64,000 nt of DNA, from NCBI GenBank assembly GCA_963755125.1, contig CAVWIP010000011.1, positions 73,304-137,303 of the forward strand. Reading direction: 5' to 3'. The notes under the pieces were generated by a model. The model did no database searches. It was not told the origin of the DNA and worked only from the letters and a program-made list of their open reading frames with translations. The position numbers and the translations under genes were made by a program. The stretch comes from an uncultured delta proteobacterium (GTDB taxonomy: Bacteria; Myxococcota_A; Polyangia; Fen-1088). This document shows, one piece after another, positions 20,354-29,279 of this stretch. The first letter of the stretch is position 1. The number at the start of each line of letters is the position of its first letter.

Positions 20354-22864
20354 ATGGTTCCCCCAGATTCTTTCCCGGCCCGCTATTGCCGTTTCGTCTC
20401 CCGCCACGCCGGCACAATCTTGGCCGTGGCATCCGTGTTGTTCGTCGTCGCCGCGCTGCTGGCCTCTCGCCTGGAGCTGCGCACATCGTTCTCCGAGTTG
20501 TTGCCCAGCGACGATCCCGGCGTGGTGGCTCTGACCAAGACACAGGAGCGCATGGGCGACATGTCCTTGCTGCTCATCGGCGTACGCTCGCCCGACCGCG
20601 ACGCCAACCTCCGCTACGCCGAGCTCGTGACACGCAAGCTGCAGGCCCTGCCCAAGAACGTGGTTGAGTTCGCCGCCTGCAACGTGCGCGATCTGCGCTC
20701 GTTCTTCAAAGAGAACAAGTGGCTGTACGCCAGCGAGGACGATCTGATCGAGATCCGCGACCGTTTGCGCCGCGAGATCACCAAGCGCAAGAATCCCTTG
20801 CTGGTCGATCTCGACGACGACGAAACCGTCGAGCAGATGAAGGACCGCCTGACCAAGCGCGACTGGTTGAACGACCGCTTCCCCGACGGTGTGTTCAGCA
20901 ACAAGGACGGCAGCTACGTCTGGGTGGCGGCCCTGCCGCCCGGGGGCGTGTTCGGCGAGCGGGCCGGCGAGGCCATCTTCCAGGCGGCCAACCAGATCAT
21001 CCGGGACAACGACCCGCGCAGCTTCCACCCCGAAATGCTGGCGCACGTGGGAGGCCCGGTGGCCACCCTCATCGCCACGCGCGCGGCGGTGGAGCGCGAC
21101 ATCCTGTGGGTCACGGTCACCTGTCTGCTCATCGTGGCCGCCTCGCTGTGGGTCTTCTTCCGTCGTTTCCGCGCCGTGCCCCTGGTCGGCGTCTCGGCGG
21201 TGATTGGCTCGGTCATGGCTTTCGCCATGGCCGAGTTGCTCTTCGGCTACGTCAACTCGTCGACTGCGTTCCTCGGCTCGATCATCCTGGGCAACGGCAT
21301 CAACTACGGCATCATCCTCATCTCGCGCTACCAGGAACTGCGCGCCGAGGGTCTGCCCGCGCCGCAGGCACTGGAGCAGGCTCTCGCCGGCGTGATGCGC
21401 GGCACCGGGGTGGCGGCGGTGTGCGCGTCAGCCGCCTACGCCACGCTGATGCTGACCAGCTTCCGCGGCTTCTACCAGTTCGGCGTGATGGCGGCCTTCG
21501 GTCAACTCTTTTGCTGGCTGCTCACCTTCACCGTGTTGCCCGCCCTGTTCCTGGTCATCGACCGCCGGGCCTCCGCAGAACGCGCGTCCGATCGGCCGCC
21601 CATCAATTTCGCCTTCTTGCGACCGCTGCTGGCCCAGAACCCCGGCGGTGTCACTCTGGTCGCCGCCGTGCTCACCGTGGTGTGCGGCTACGGCGTCCTG
21701 CACTTCGTGGACGCGCCCTTCGAGTACGATTTCCGCAAGCTCAACGCGAAGCTGGATTCCACCGAGGATGACAAGGCGTTCAACCGCAGCATGGAATCTC
21801 TCTTCGGCCGGTGGCCTTCCCCCACCATCGTACTGGCCGATTCACGAGCGGAAACCGAATCTATCCGCCAGGCCATCAAGAAGCAGGATCGCGCCACCGG
21901 CGACAAGCAGGTGATCGGTCAGATCGTCACCGTCTATGATCTTCTGCCGGGCACGCCCGAGGTGCAAACCCGCAAGCTCGATCTGCTGGCCAAGATCCGC
22001 AAGCTGGCCCACGACCCTGCCCTCGACGTGCTCACCGCCGACGAACGAAAACAGATCGATGCCGTCGATCCACCCACCCGTCTGCACCTGCTCACCCCAG
22101 AGGAGCTGCCGGCGCTGGCGCGGCGGCCGTTCACGGAAGCCGACGGGACGGTGGGCCGCGTGGTGCTGGTCTACCCGGTCGAGGAGAACTTGTCGGTGTG
22201 GAATGGCAGGGATCTTCTGCGCATTGCCCGCGTCCTGCAGGTGCTCCACCTCGACGACGAACACAAGACCATCGACACCTCGGGCAGCGCAGTGGTCTTC
22301 GCCGCCATGATTCGCTCGGTCCTGCACGACGGCCCACGCGCGACGGCCGCCGCCCTGCTCGCGGTGCTGCTCCTGGTTCTGCTCATCATGCGGCCCCTGT
22401 CGTCCGCGGGCGCAGCCATCGCCACCCTGCTTCTGGGCGTGATCTGGATGCTGGGCGTGGCGGGCCTGTTTGCCGTCAGGATCACCTTCCTGAACTTCAT
22501 CGCTTTGCCCATCACCTTCGGCATCGGCGCCGAATATGGTCTCAACGTGGCCGTGCGCTACCGGCAGGATCGCGACATGATCCGCGCGGTGATCTCCACC
22601 GGCGCGGCTGTGGCGGTTTGCTCGTGGACCACCATCGTGGGCTACGGCTCGCTGCTGGCCGCGCGCAACCGGGCCTTGCAGGGGTTCGGCGCCATGGCCA
22701 TTCTGGGCGAGCTGGCTTGCATCAGCGCGGCGATCCTGGCTTTGCCTGCCACGCTGCTGTGGATCGGCCGGCGCCGGCACCCACATGGGAACCCTGACAG
22801 GGTTCCCATACCCTCCCGCGATGGTGCGCCCCCGGCTAAGCCGGCGGGCTCCCCACGCGACTGA
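20354..22864 (+). CDS. MMPL/RND-superfamily membrane transporter
   Basis: Two 6-TM blocks with large periplasmic loops; about 836 aa. The track start at 20315 is a TTG; the first ATG is at 20354. The last 27 codons are supplied by repeat unit 1. Confidence 0.7.
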   Translation: MVPPDSFPARYCRFVSRHAGTILAVASVLFVVAALLASRLELRTSFSELLPSDDPGVVALTKTQERMGDMSLLLIGVRSPDRDANLRYAELVTRKLQALPKNVVEFAACNVRDLRSFFKENKWLYASEDDLIEIRDRLRREITKRKNPLLVDLDDDETVEQMKDRLTKRDWLNDRFPDGVFSNKDGSYVWVAALPPGGVFGERAGEAIFQAANQIIRDNDPRSFHPEMLAHVGGPVATLIATRAAVERDILWVTVTCLLIVAASLWVFFRRFRAVPLVGVSAVIGSVMAFAMAELLFGYVNSSTAFLGSIILGNGINYGIILISRYQELRAEGLPAPQALEQALAGVMRGTGVAAVCASAAYATLMLTSFRGFYQFGVMAAFGQLFCWLLTFTVLPALFLVIDRRASAERASDRPPINFAFLRPLLAQNPGGVTLVAAVLTVVCGYGVLHFVDAPFEYDFRKLNAKLDSTEDDKAFNRSMESLFGRWPSPTIVLADSRAETESIRQAIKKQDRATGDKQVIGQIVTVYDLLPGTPEVQTRKLDLLAKIRKLAHDPALDVLTADERKQIDAVDPPTRLHLLTPEELPALARRPFTEADGTVGRVVLVYPVEENLSVWNGRDLLRIARVLQVLHLDDEHKTIDTSGSAVVFAAMIRSVLHDGPRATAAALLAVLLLVLLIMRPLSSAGAAIATLLLGVIWMLGVAGLFAVRITFLNFIALPITFGIGAEYGLNVAVRYRQDRDMIRAVISTGAAVAVCSWTTIVGYGSLLAARNRALQGFGAMAILGELACISAAILALPATLLWIGRRRHPHGNPDRVPIPSRDGAPPAKPAGSPRD

Positions 22865-23024
22865 CATGGGAACCCTGAGAGGGTTCCCATACCCTCCCGC
22901 GATGGTACGCCCCCGGCTAAGCCGGCGGGCTCCCCACGCGACTGACATGGGAACCCTGAGAGGGTTCCCATACCCTCCCGCGATGGTACGCCCCCGGCTA
23001 AGCCGGCGGGCTCCCCACGCGTGA
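22784..23024. repeat. Three tandem 81-bp direct repeats, each containing two hairpins (GGGAACCCT-N3-AGGGTTCCC and CCGGC-TAA-GCCGG)
   Basis: Units at 22784-22864, 22865-22945 and 22946-~23024 are about 95% identical. Each ends in GACTGA, so each unit closes the MMPL reading frame. Confidence 0.9.
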
Positions 23025-23057
23025 CACGAATGGATTCGCTGCCGCCTTCGGGCTAGA

Positions 23058-23513
23058 GTGCCGGTCATGCACAAGAAGGTGGAATCGGGGCGTCAGAGTT
23101 CGGATGCGAAGCGGAAGCGGTCTTCCGACGCGCGCCAGACGCACGCCGGCGCGCCCAACTCTGTGACCGAAGGCTCTCTCACGGAGACGACTGCAGCGGG
23201 CACTGTGGCAAGGGAGCCATGCACCAAGATCCGTTGCAAGGGCGCCACCCGCTACGGCGATCCGTGCCGGTTCTGGGCGCTGGCCGACAGCGAGTTCTGC
23301 TACTGGTGCGAGCAAGCGGGACGCCCCCGGTACCCCTTGCCTGTGCCCACCGGCGAGGCCGCCCGCGCCGCAAGCATCAAGGAGATCCACAAGAAGCGCT
23401 GCCAGGGCGTCACCGTGTTCGGTGACCAGTGCCGCTTCTGGGCCGTGGGCTTCAGCGACTACTGCCTGTGGTGCGCGGCCTCTCAGGCCGGGCCGGCGGC
23501 GACCGGCACCTGA
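23058..23513 (+). CDS. Small Cys-rich protein with internally duplicated C-x-G...GD(P/Q)CRFWA...(F/Y)C(Y/L)WC motif (putative zinc-ribbon)
   Basis: Two copies: CTKIRCKGATRYGDPCRFWALADSEFCYWC and RCQGVTVFGDQCRFWAVGFSDYCLWC. The N-terminus is basic. Confidence 0.45.
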   Translation: MPVMHKKVESGRQSSDAKRKRSSDARQTHAGAPNSVTEGSLTETTAAGTVAREPCTKIRCKGATRYGDPCRFWALADSEFCYWCEQAGRPRYPLPVPTGEAARAASIKEIHKKRCQGVTVFGDQCRFWAVGFSDYCLWCAASQAGPAATGT

Positions 23514-23515
23514 CC

Positions 23516-24445
23516 TCAGCCCGTCAGATCCAGATCACCAACTATCGCCCGCAGCAGGCCCTTGTGCTGGATGAGCAGCTCCTTGGCGCGCGCGGCGTTC
23601 ACGCGCGCATGATGCATGACCAAAGCGACCTTGGCTCGTCCGCCCGCCTTCTTGATCAGCTTCACCGCCTCCTCGGCCGGCAGATTGGTCAGTCGGGTCA
23701 CCACGCTGATGGCGCGCTGCCAGCCACGCGGCGTGGTGGGCCGCACATCCACCATGAGTCCGCCGTAAGTCTTGCCCAGGCGAACGAACGCCGCGCTGGA
23801 GACGGACTCGATCGCCACCTTGATGGCCGTGCCGGCCTTGAGTCGCGTGCAGCCAGCGATCATCTCGGGACCGGGGACGAGATCGATCACGACGTCAGCC
23901 AGCGGTTCGGCTGAGGGCATCGGCCCGGCGCAGGTGAGCAAGATGATGGCCGCGCGACGGAAACGCGCGTATTCCAGCGCGGCCTGCAGAAATGGCGAGA
24001 TCGCGACATCGGCGACCGCGCAGACCACGTCCTGCGGCCCCACCGCCGCCCGGCGCATGCGCTGGTCGGCCTCACGCGGGTCGTCCTGCGCCGCCTCGGC
24101 CACGCGAGCCAGGGCGTGCGGCCCACCCGCGATAATCGACACCACCAGCGACGGTGGCAGGCCGAAAGCCGGCACGCACTCGGCCGCCTCCAGCGCACCC
24201 AGCCGGCCCGCCGTGCCCGTGCCCAGGTAGACCAGGCGTCCCCCGGCCGCGAGCTTGTCAGCCATGAGCTGCGCCGCGGAGGCCAGCGCCGCAGCCCGCG
24301 CCCGCACCGCCTTCACCGCGTTGACTTCCTCGTCGACCAGCAGCTTGACCACCTCCTCGGGTGGAAGCGAGTCCAGCATACCGGCGCGCGGATTCTCCAC
24401 CTCTTGCAATGGATCGTCTTCGGATTGCGAACGGGAGCGCGCCAT
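23516..24445 (-). CDS. murQ: N-acetylmuramic acid 6-phosphate etherase
   Basis: SIS-domain signature RLVYLGTGTAGRLGALEAAECVPAFG. The ATG at 24445 was chosen; the 318-aa upstream extension in the track overlaps the next gene and was rejected. Confidence 0.85.
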   Translation of the reverse strand: MARSRSQSEDDPLQEVENPRAGMLDSLPPEEVVKLLVDEEVNAVKAVRARAAALASAAQLMADKLAAGGRLVYLGTGTAGRLGALEAAECVPAFGLPPSLVVSIIAGGPHALARVAEAAQDDPREADQRMRRAAVGPQDVVCAVADVAISPFLQAALEYARFRRAAIILLTCAGPMPSAEPLADVVIDLVPGPEMIAGCTRLKAGTAIKVAIESVSSAAFVRLGKTYGGLMVDVRPTTPRGWQRAISVVTRLTNLPAEEAVKLIKKAGGRAKVALVMHHARVNAARAKELLIQHKGLLRAIVGDLDLTG

Positions 24446-24510
24446 GGGCCACGATTGTCGCCCGGGAGCGCGAGGGTGGAAAGAAATTCGGTTGACCTGG
24501 GTTTTTCCCT

Positions 24511-25602
24511 TCACGCCCATGGAGTATTCAAGACCGGCCGGATTCGCAGAGTGGATGTCGCGGATCGTGCCGGCAGTCCGGCCAGGCTGGCCGATCGCGA
24601 GCCGGAAGTCGCGCGCTCGCGCACTGGGCGGGAAGCAAAGTCCGGGCAGCTCTTTCCGTGGCCGAGGACCATTCTGGCCAAGATCAGGCCGAAGGCGATC
24701 CATGCGCCGCTTCGCAACCGGCGCAACAACACCAGCGCCATGGCCGTGGGAGCGTCCACGCCCAATGCAACGCAGGCGGCAAAGACCGTAGCTTCGACGA
24801 CGCCCATCTGGCCGGGGATGGCAGTGCCCAGCACCGACGCGACCAGGGATGCGGCCCCCAGCCAGGGCGCAAGCATAGGGCTCACGCCCAGCAATGCCAG
24901 GAGCAACGCCATCTCGGCAACGATCCACAGTCTGCCTGCCAGATGAAGCAGCACGCTTCCCAGCACGAGCCGCGGCTGCGCAAGCAAAGCCGTGCGAGCG
25001 GCTTCCAGGATTCGGGCGAATCGCGCCAGGCGACCGGATCGGGCGCTCCACCGGCGCAGAGGCGCGACGAGGATGAGGAGCGCGACCCCGAGCACGGCGG
25101 CCAGGCTGGTCGCGCCCGCCCAGGCGCAGGTGTGCGCGCCCATTGGCGACTTGGCAGCCCACGGGAGAAACGCCGCGCCGACGAGGCACAGTGCCGTTGA
25201 CGCTATGAAGGTGCCGTTGTCGAGCGCCAATGGAACGATGGCGCGGCTCCTCACATTCGGGTGAAACACCAGCGCCTTGAGCGGCTCGCCCGCCACACCA
25301 GCGCCCAGTTCGTTGGCCGCCTGGGACGCCACATAGGTTGCAACCGCGATCGCCGGTCGGGGACGCAGCGATTTGGGCAGAAGCACGAGCCAGCCGCAAC
25401 AGTGCAGGACCATTCCAACAACGGGTGCCACAAGAACCAAGACGAAATTCGGGCCAACCCGTTCAATGCTCCGCAAGACCGGCTCCGCGCCCACCCGCCG
25501 CAACAGCACAACCAAAGCCGCTGCGCCCGCTGCCAACAAAGCCACGCTGAGCCAGCCTGTGCCGCGAAACGGTTTGCTGGAGCCCATCTCCATTGAACGC
25601 AT
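24511..25602 (-). CDS. Lysylphosphatidylglycerol-synthase-TM-like (flippase-like) integral membrane protein
   Basis: About 8 TM helices and 363 aa, resembling the UPF0104 / LPG_synthase_TM family. Confidence 0.5.
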   Translation of the reverse strand: MRSMEMGSSKPFRGTGWLSVALLAAGAAALVVLLRRVGAEPVLRSIERVGPNFVLVLVAPVVGMVLHCCGWLVLLPKSLRPRPAIAVATYVASQAANELGAGVAGEPLKALVFHPNVRSRAIVPLALDNGTFIASTALCLVGAAFLPWAAKSPMGAHTCAWAGATSLAAVLGVALLILVAPLRRWSARSGRLARFARILEAARTALLAQPRLVLGSVLLHLAGRLWIVAEMALLLALLGVSPMLAPWLGAASLVASVLGTAIPGQMGVVEATVFAACVALGVDAPTAMALVLLRRLRSGAWIAFGLILARMVLGHGKSCPDFASRPVRERATSGSRSASLAGLPARSATSTLRIRPVLNTPWA

Positions 25603-25781
25603 GGTGATAGTGGATTCTGCAAACCCGGGACCAGTGCCCCACAGCCGGCCAGACTGGCCTCTACGCGCCCGGCGTGTTCAGGACTTGACAGATTCGCCTT
25701 GTGACTGGCTGATTTTCAACGCCGACGGGCTGAAAGCACCCGCAAGTCATCGCGACCGGCGCCGAGCGTTCCGGGTGTATA

Positions 25782-27509
25782 GTGGCGGCCGGGGGAGGGA
25801 CGACTATGTTGATGCGACTCATCCATCAAACTGCCCTGGTTCTGGCAGCCGCAGGCACGGCAGCCTGCTCAAGCACTGAGCAGTCGGCGATGAATCCGGA
25901 CGCCGGGCCGGGGGTCGTCACCACGCCAGGCAGCACCACCATGCACGACTTCACCTCGGTCAGCGCAGGTGTCTGGCACACTTGCGGCCTGATGACTGAC
26001 GATACCGTGGTGTGCTGGGGGACCGCGAACTTTGGTGAGGCCACGCCACCCCAAGACACCTTCATCTCTGTCAGCGCGGGTCAGTTCTATACATGTGGCC
26101 TGAAGACCGACGGTACCATTGCCTGCTGGGGCGACAACACCTACGGCAAGGCCACGCCGCCCGCGGGAACATACACCTCCGTCAGCGCGGGTGAGTTCCA
26201 CGCATGTGGCGTGAAGACCGACGGTACCGTTACCTGCTGGGGCGACAACACCTACGACGAGGCCACGCCACCCACGGGAACCTTCACCTCTGTCAGCGCG
26301 GGTGAGGCCTACACATGCGGAGTGAAGACCGATGGTACCGTTGCGTGCTGGGGCACGGACTACTTCGGCGAGACCAAGCCGCCCAAAGGCACCTTCACCT
26401 CTGTCAGCGCAGGTTCTGACCACACCTGTGGCCTCAAGACAGGCGGCAGCGTTGCCTGCTGGGGCAACAACACCTACGGCCAATCATCACCGCCCGGAGG
26501 CACCTTCACCTGTGTCAGCGTTGGCGACCTGTTCACGTGCGGCGTGAGGACCGACGCAACCATGGCGTGCTGGCCCGCCAACACGCTCAGCGCATCCACC
26601 TCGCGTCCAGGCACGTTCACCTCTGTCAGCGTCGGGGTATTTGACACATGCGGGGTGAGGACCGACGGAAGCATCTCCTGCTGGGGCGACAACCAGCACG
26701 ACGAAGCCACGCCGCTGCCAGACCCTCTGGTGTCCCTCAGCGTGAGTGAGACGCACAGGTGTGGGGTGAGATCTGACGGTACCGTCGCATGCAACGGGGA
26801 CAACTCCAGCGGTGAAATCGCGCCGCCAGATGGGACGTTCGCGTCGGTCAGCGCGGGCTCCTTCTTCACGTGCGGCGTGCGCACCGACAGCACCATCGCC
26901 TGCTGGGGAACGGGCTACCCCAACGGCGATGCCGCCAAGCCTCTTCCAGGAACATTTTCGTCCGTCAGCGCAGGTACCGGAGACACATGCGGCGTGAAGA
27001 CCGACGGTACCGTCGCTTGCTGGGGCGACGACATCTCCGGCCAAGCCGTGCCGCCCGCTGGCACCTTCACCTCCGTCAGCGCCTCCGCTGGAGGCGAGTT
27101 GGGTGGCTTTTATGCCTGTGGCGTAAGAACCGACGGCACCGTCGCCTGCTGGGGCGACAACACCAAGGGTGAGTCCTCGCCACCCGCTGGCACCTTCGCC
27201 TCTGTCAGCACGGGCTGCGAGTCCACGTGCGGCCTGAAGACCGACGGTACCGTGGCCTGCTGGGGCGACAACACCTACGGCCAATCCTCGCCGCCCGCTG
27301 GCACTTTCACCGCCGTCAGCGCGGGTTGCGATTTTGCGTGCGGCCTCAAGACCGACGGAACCATTGCTTGCTGGGGCGACAACACCTGGGGCGAATCATC
27401 GCCGCCGACTGGCACTTTCACCGCCGTCAGCGCGGGACTCGGCTACGCGTGCGCGCTTGACCAGAACGGCATCACCGTCTGCTGGGGTGCGGATCGGACA
27501 GCCCCATAG
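25782..27509 (+). CDS. Lipoprotein composed of ~13 tandem RCC1-like ~41-aa repeats
   Basis: Repeat unit (S/T)VSAG..(H/Y)(T/A)CG(V/L)KTDGT(V/I)ACWG(D/N)NTYGQ..PP.GTFT. Signal/lipobox LAAAGTAAC|SS. Confidence 0.75.
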   Translation: MAAGGGTTMLMRLIHQTALVLAAAGTAACSSTEQSAMNPDAGPGVVTTPGSTTMHDFTSVSAGVWHTCGLMTDDTVVCWGTANFGEATPPQDTFISVSAGQFYTCGLKTDGTIACWGDNTYGKATPPAGTYTSVSAGEFHACGVKTDGTVTCWGDNTYDEATPPTGTFTSVSAGEAYTCGVKTDGTVACWGTDYFGETKPPKGTFTSVSAGSDHTCGLKTGGSVACWGNNTYGQSSPPGGTFTCVSVGDLFTCGVRTDATMACWPANTLSASTSRPGTFTSVSVGVFDTCGVRTDGSISCWGDNQHDEATPLPDPLVSLSVSETHRCGVRSDGTVACNGDNSSGEIAPPDGTFASVSAGSFFTCGVRTDSTIACWGTGYPNGDAAKPLPGTFSSVSAGTGDTCGVKTDGTVACWGDDISGQAVPPAGTFTSVSASAGGELGGFYACGVRTDGTVACWGDNTKGESSPPAGTFASVSTGCESTCGLKTDGTVACWGDNTYGQSSPPAGTFTAVSAGCDFACGLKTDGTIACWGDNTWGESSPPTGTFTAVSAGLGYACALDQNGITVCWGADRTAP

Positions 27510-27533
27510 CCCGCCTACTCGCGCGCGCGCCGC

Positions 27534-28343
27534 CTACTTCAATCCCAGCACGGCGCGCATGTCGAAAAGACCAGGCGGCCGGCCGTGTAGCCAGAGGGCC
27601 GCGCGGACTGCGCCGCGGGCAAAGGTTTCGCGCGAGGAGGCCCGGTGGGTGATCTCGATGCGGTCGCCTTGGCCAAGGAAAAACACGGTGTGATCGCCGA
27701 CCACGTCCCCGCCGCGCACAGTCTGAATGCCGATCTCGTCGGCGGCGCGCGGCCCGATGTCGCCGTGCCGCTCATAGCGCGCGCTCTCGCCGAGATCGCG
27801 GCCCGTGGCCTCGGCCACTGCCTCGGCCAGGCGCAGGGCCGTGCCCGAAGGCGCGTCGCGCTTGGCCCGGTGGTGCGCTTCCACGATTTCAATGTCGTAG
27901 GCCGAACCAAGCGTGCGGGCCGCGTCCGCCACCAAGCGCAGCATCACGTTCACGCCCACTGACATGTTGGGCGCCAGCACGATGGCGACTTTCTTCGCCG
28001 CCGAGGCAATCGCATCCTTATCTTGGCCGGAAAGCCCGGTGGTGCCGAGCACCAGGGCCGCACCGGCCTGGGCCGCGGCGCTGGCATTGGCCACGGCCAC
28101 GCCGGGTGAGGAAAAGTCGATCCACACGTCGGCCGCGCCTTGGCCGGGCCGGTCCGCCTGCACGCGCACTCCGCTTTCGGGCAATCCCGCCAGACGGCTC
28201 GCATCCGCGCCCATCGCGGGAAAATCAGGGCGCTCGACCGCGGCCACCAAACGCGCGGCCGGCGTCTCGGCAATGGCGCGCACGATGAGGCCGCCCATCT
28301 TGCCTGCGGCCCCGAACACGGCGATGCGTACAGCCTCGGCCAT
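27534..28343 (-). CDS. dapB: 4-hydroxy-tetrahydrodipicolinate reductase
   Basis: MAEAVRIAVFGAAGKMGGLIVRAI... Start at 28343, 10 nt after the dapA stop. Confidence 0.85.
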   Translation of the reverse strand: MAEAVRIAVFGAAGKMGGLIVRAIAETPAARLVAAVERPDFPAMGADASRLAGLPESGVRVQADRPGQGAADVWIDFSSPGVAVANASAAAQAGAALVLGTTGLSGQDKDAIASAAKKVAIVLAPNMSVGVNVMLRLVADAARTLGSAYDIEIVEAHHRAKRDAPSGTALRLAEAVAEATGRDLGESARYERHGDIGPRAADEIGIQTVRGGDVVGDHTVFFLGQGDRIEITHRASSRETFARGAVRAALWLHGRPPGLFDMRAVLGLK

Positions 28344-28353
28344 GGCGTCCCCG

Positions 28354-29226
28354 TCAGATGAGTTTGAGGTCAGCGAGAATCCTACGCACCTTCTCGCGAT
28401 TGGCCCCGGCCATCGGGTAGAGCGGAGACCGGATCTCATCGCTGATCTTGCCCATCATGGCCAGCGCGGCTTTCACCGGAATGGGATTGGCCTCGATGAA
28501 CAGTCCTTCGGAAAGCGGGAACAAGCGATAGTGCAGCTCGCGCGCCTTGTTCCAGTTGCCCGCGGCCGCCGCGTCCCACATGGCCGACATGTCGGCAGGT
28601 GCCACATTGGACACCACCGAGATGCAGCCGTGCGCGCCCAGGGCGTACAGTGGGAAAGCTGTGGCATCATCGCCTGACAGGACCACCATGCGGTCACCCA
28701 CGCGCGAGATGATCTGCGCCGCCCGCTGCGCCGAACCCGTGGCCTCCTTGATGCCCACCACCAGCGGCACCTCGCATAGGCGCGCCATGGTTTCGGGCAG
28801 AAGGTCACAGCCCGTGCGCCCCGGCACGTTGTACACCAACATGGGCAATGGCACGGCGTCGGCGATAGCCTTGAAGTGACGGAAGAGTCCGTCCTGCGTG
28901 GGCCGGTTGTAGTAGGGCGTGACCTGCAGGGTGCCGTCAGCGCCCACCGCGCGCGCCTCGCTCGTCAGCTCGATGGCCTCGCGGGTGGAGTTGGCGCCTG
29001 TTCCGGCAATCACCGGCACACGCCTGCGCGTCTCTTCCACCACGATCTTGATGATGCGGATGTGCTCCTCGACCGTGACCGTGGGCGACTCGCCGGTGGT
29101 TCCCACCGGCACGAATCCGTCGATGCCCGCGCGGATCTGCTCGTCGACCAGCCGGCGCAGGGCCTCCTCGTCGACGGCGTCGCCGCGAAATGGTGTGACC
29201 AGTGCCGTGATGACTCCCTTGAACAT
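28354..29226 (-). CDS. dapA: 4-hydroxy-tetrahydrodipicolinate synthase
   Basis: MFKGVITALVTPFRGDAVDEEALRRLVDEQIRAGIDGFVPVGTTGESPT is classical DapA. Confidence 0.9.
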   Translation of the reverse strand: MFKGVITALVTPFRGDAVDEEALRRLVDEQIRAGIDGFVPVGTTGESPTVTVEEHIRIIKIVVEETRRRVPVIAGTGANSTREAIELTSEARAVGADGTLQVTPYYNRPTQDGLFRHFKAIADAVPLPMLVYNVPGRTGCDLLPETMARLCEVPLVVGIKEATGSAQRAAQIISRVGDRMVVLSGDDATAFPLYALGAHGCISVVSNVAPADMSAMWDAAAAGNWNKARELHYRLFPLSEGLFIEANPIPVKAALAMMGKISDEIRSPLYPMAGANREKVRRILADLKLI

Positions 29227-29279
29227 GGGCCCGAACCTAGCACGTCTTGGCCATTCGGGTCAGCCGCGCTGGAGCCTGG

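Noticed and set aside
22642-23024. ORFs 22642-22971 (-) and 22785-23024 (+), each encoding a peptide repeated three times (MGTLTGFPYPPAMVRPRLSRRAPHATD x3)
   Set aside because: The periodicity comes from the 81-bp (27-codon) DNA repeat, so any frame yields a repeated peptide. The hairpin-rich structure points to a non-coding repeat element.
22784-23024. Possible CRISPR array
   Set aside because: The repeats are directly adjacent with no unique spacers, and the unit is 81 bp. There are no cas genes nearby.
24446-25399. 318-aa N-terminal extension of the murQ ORF in the track (23516-25399)
   Set aside because: MurQ homology begins at the ATG at 24445 (MARSRSQ...). The extension is low-complexity and overlaps the LPG-synthase-like membrane gene on the same strand.
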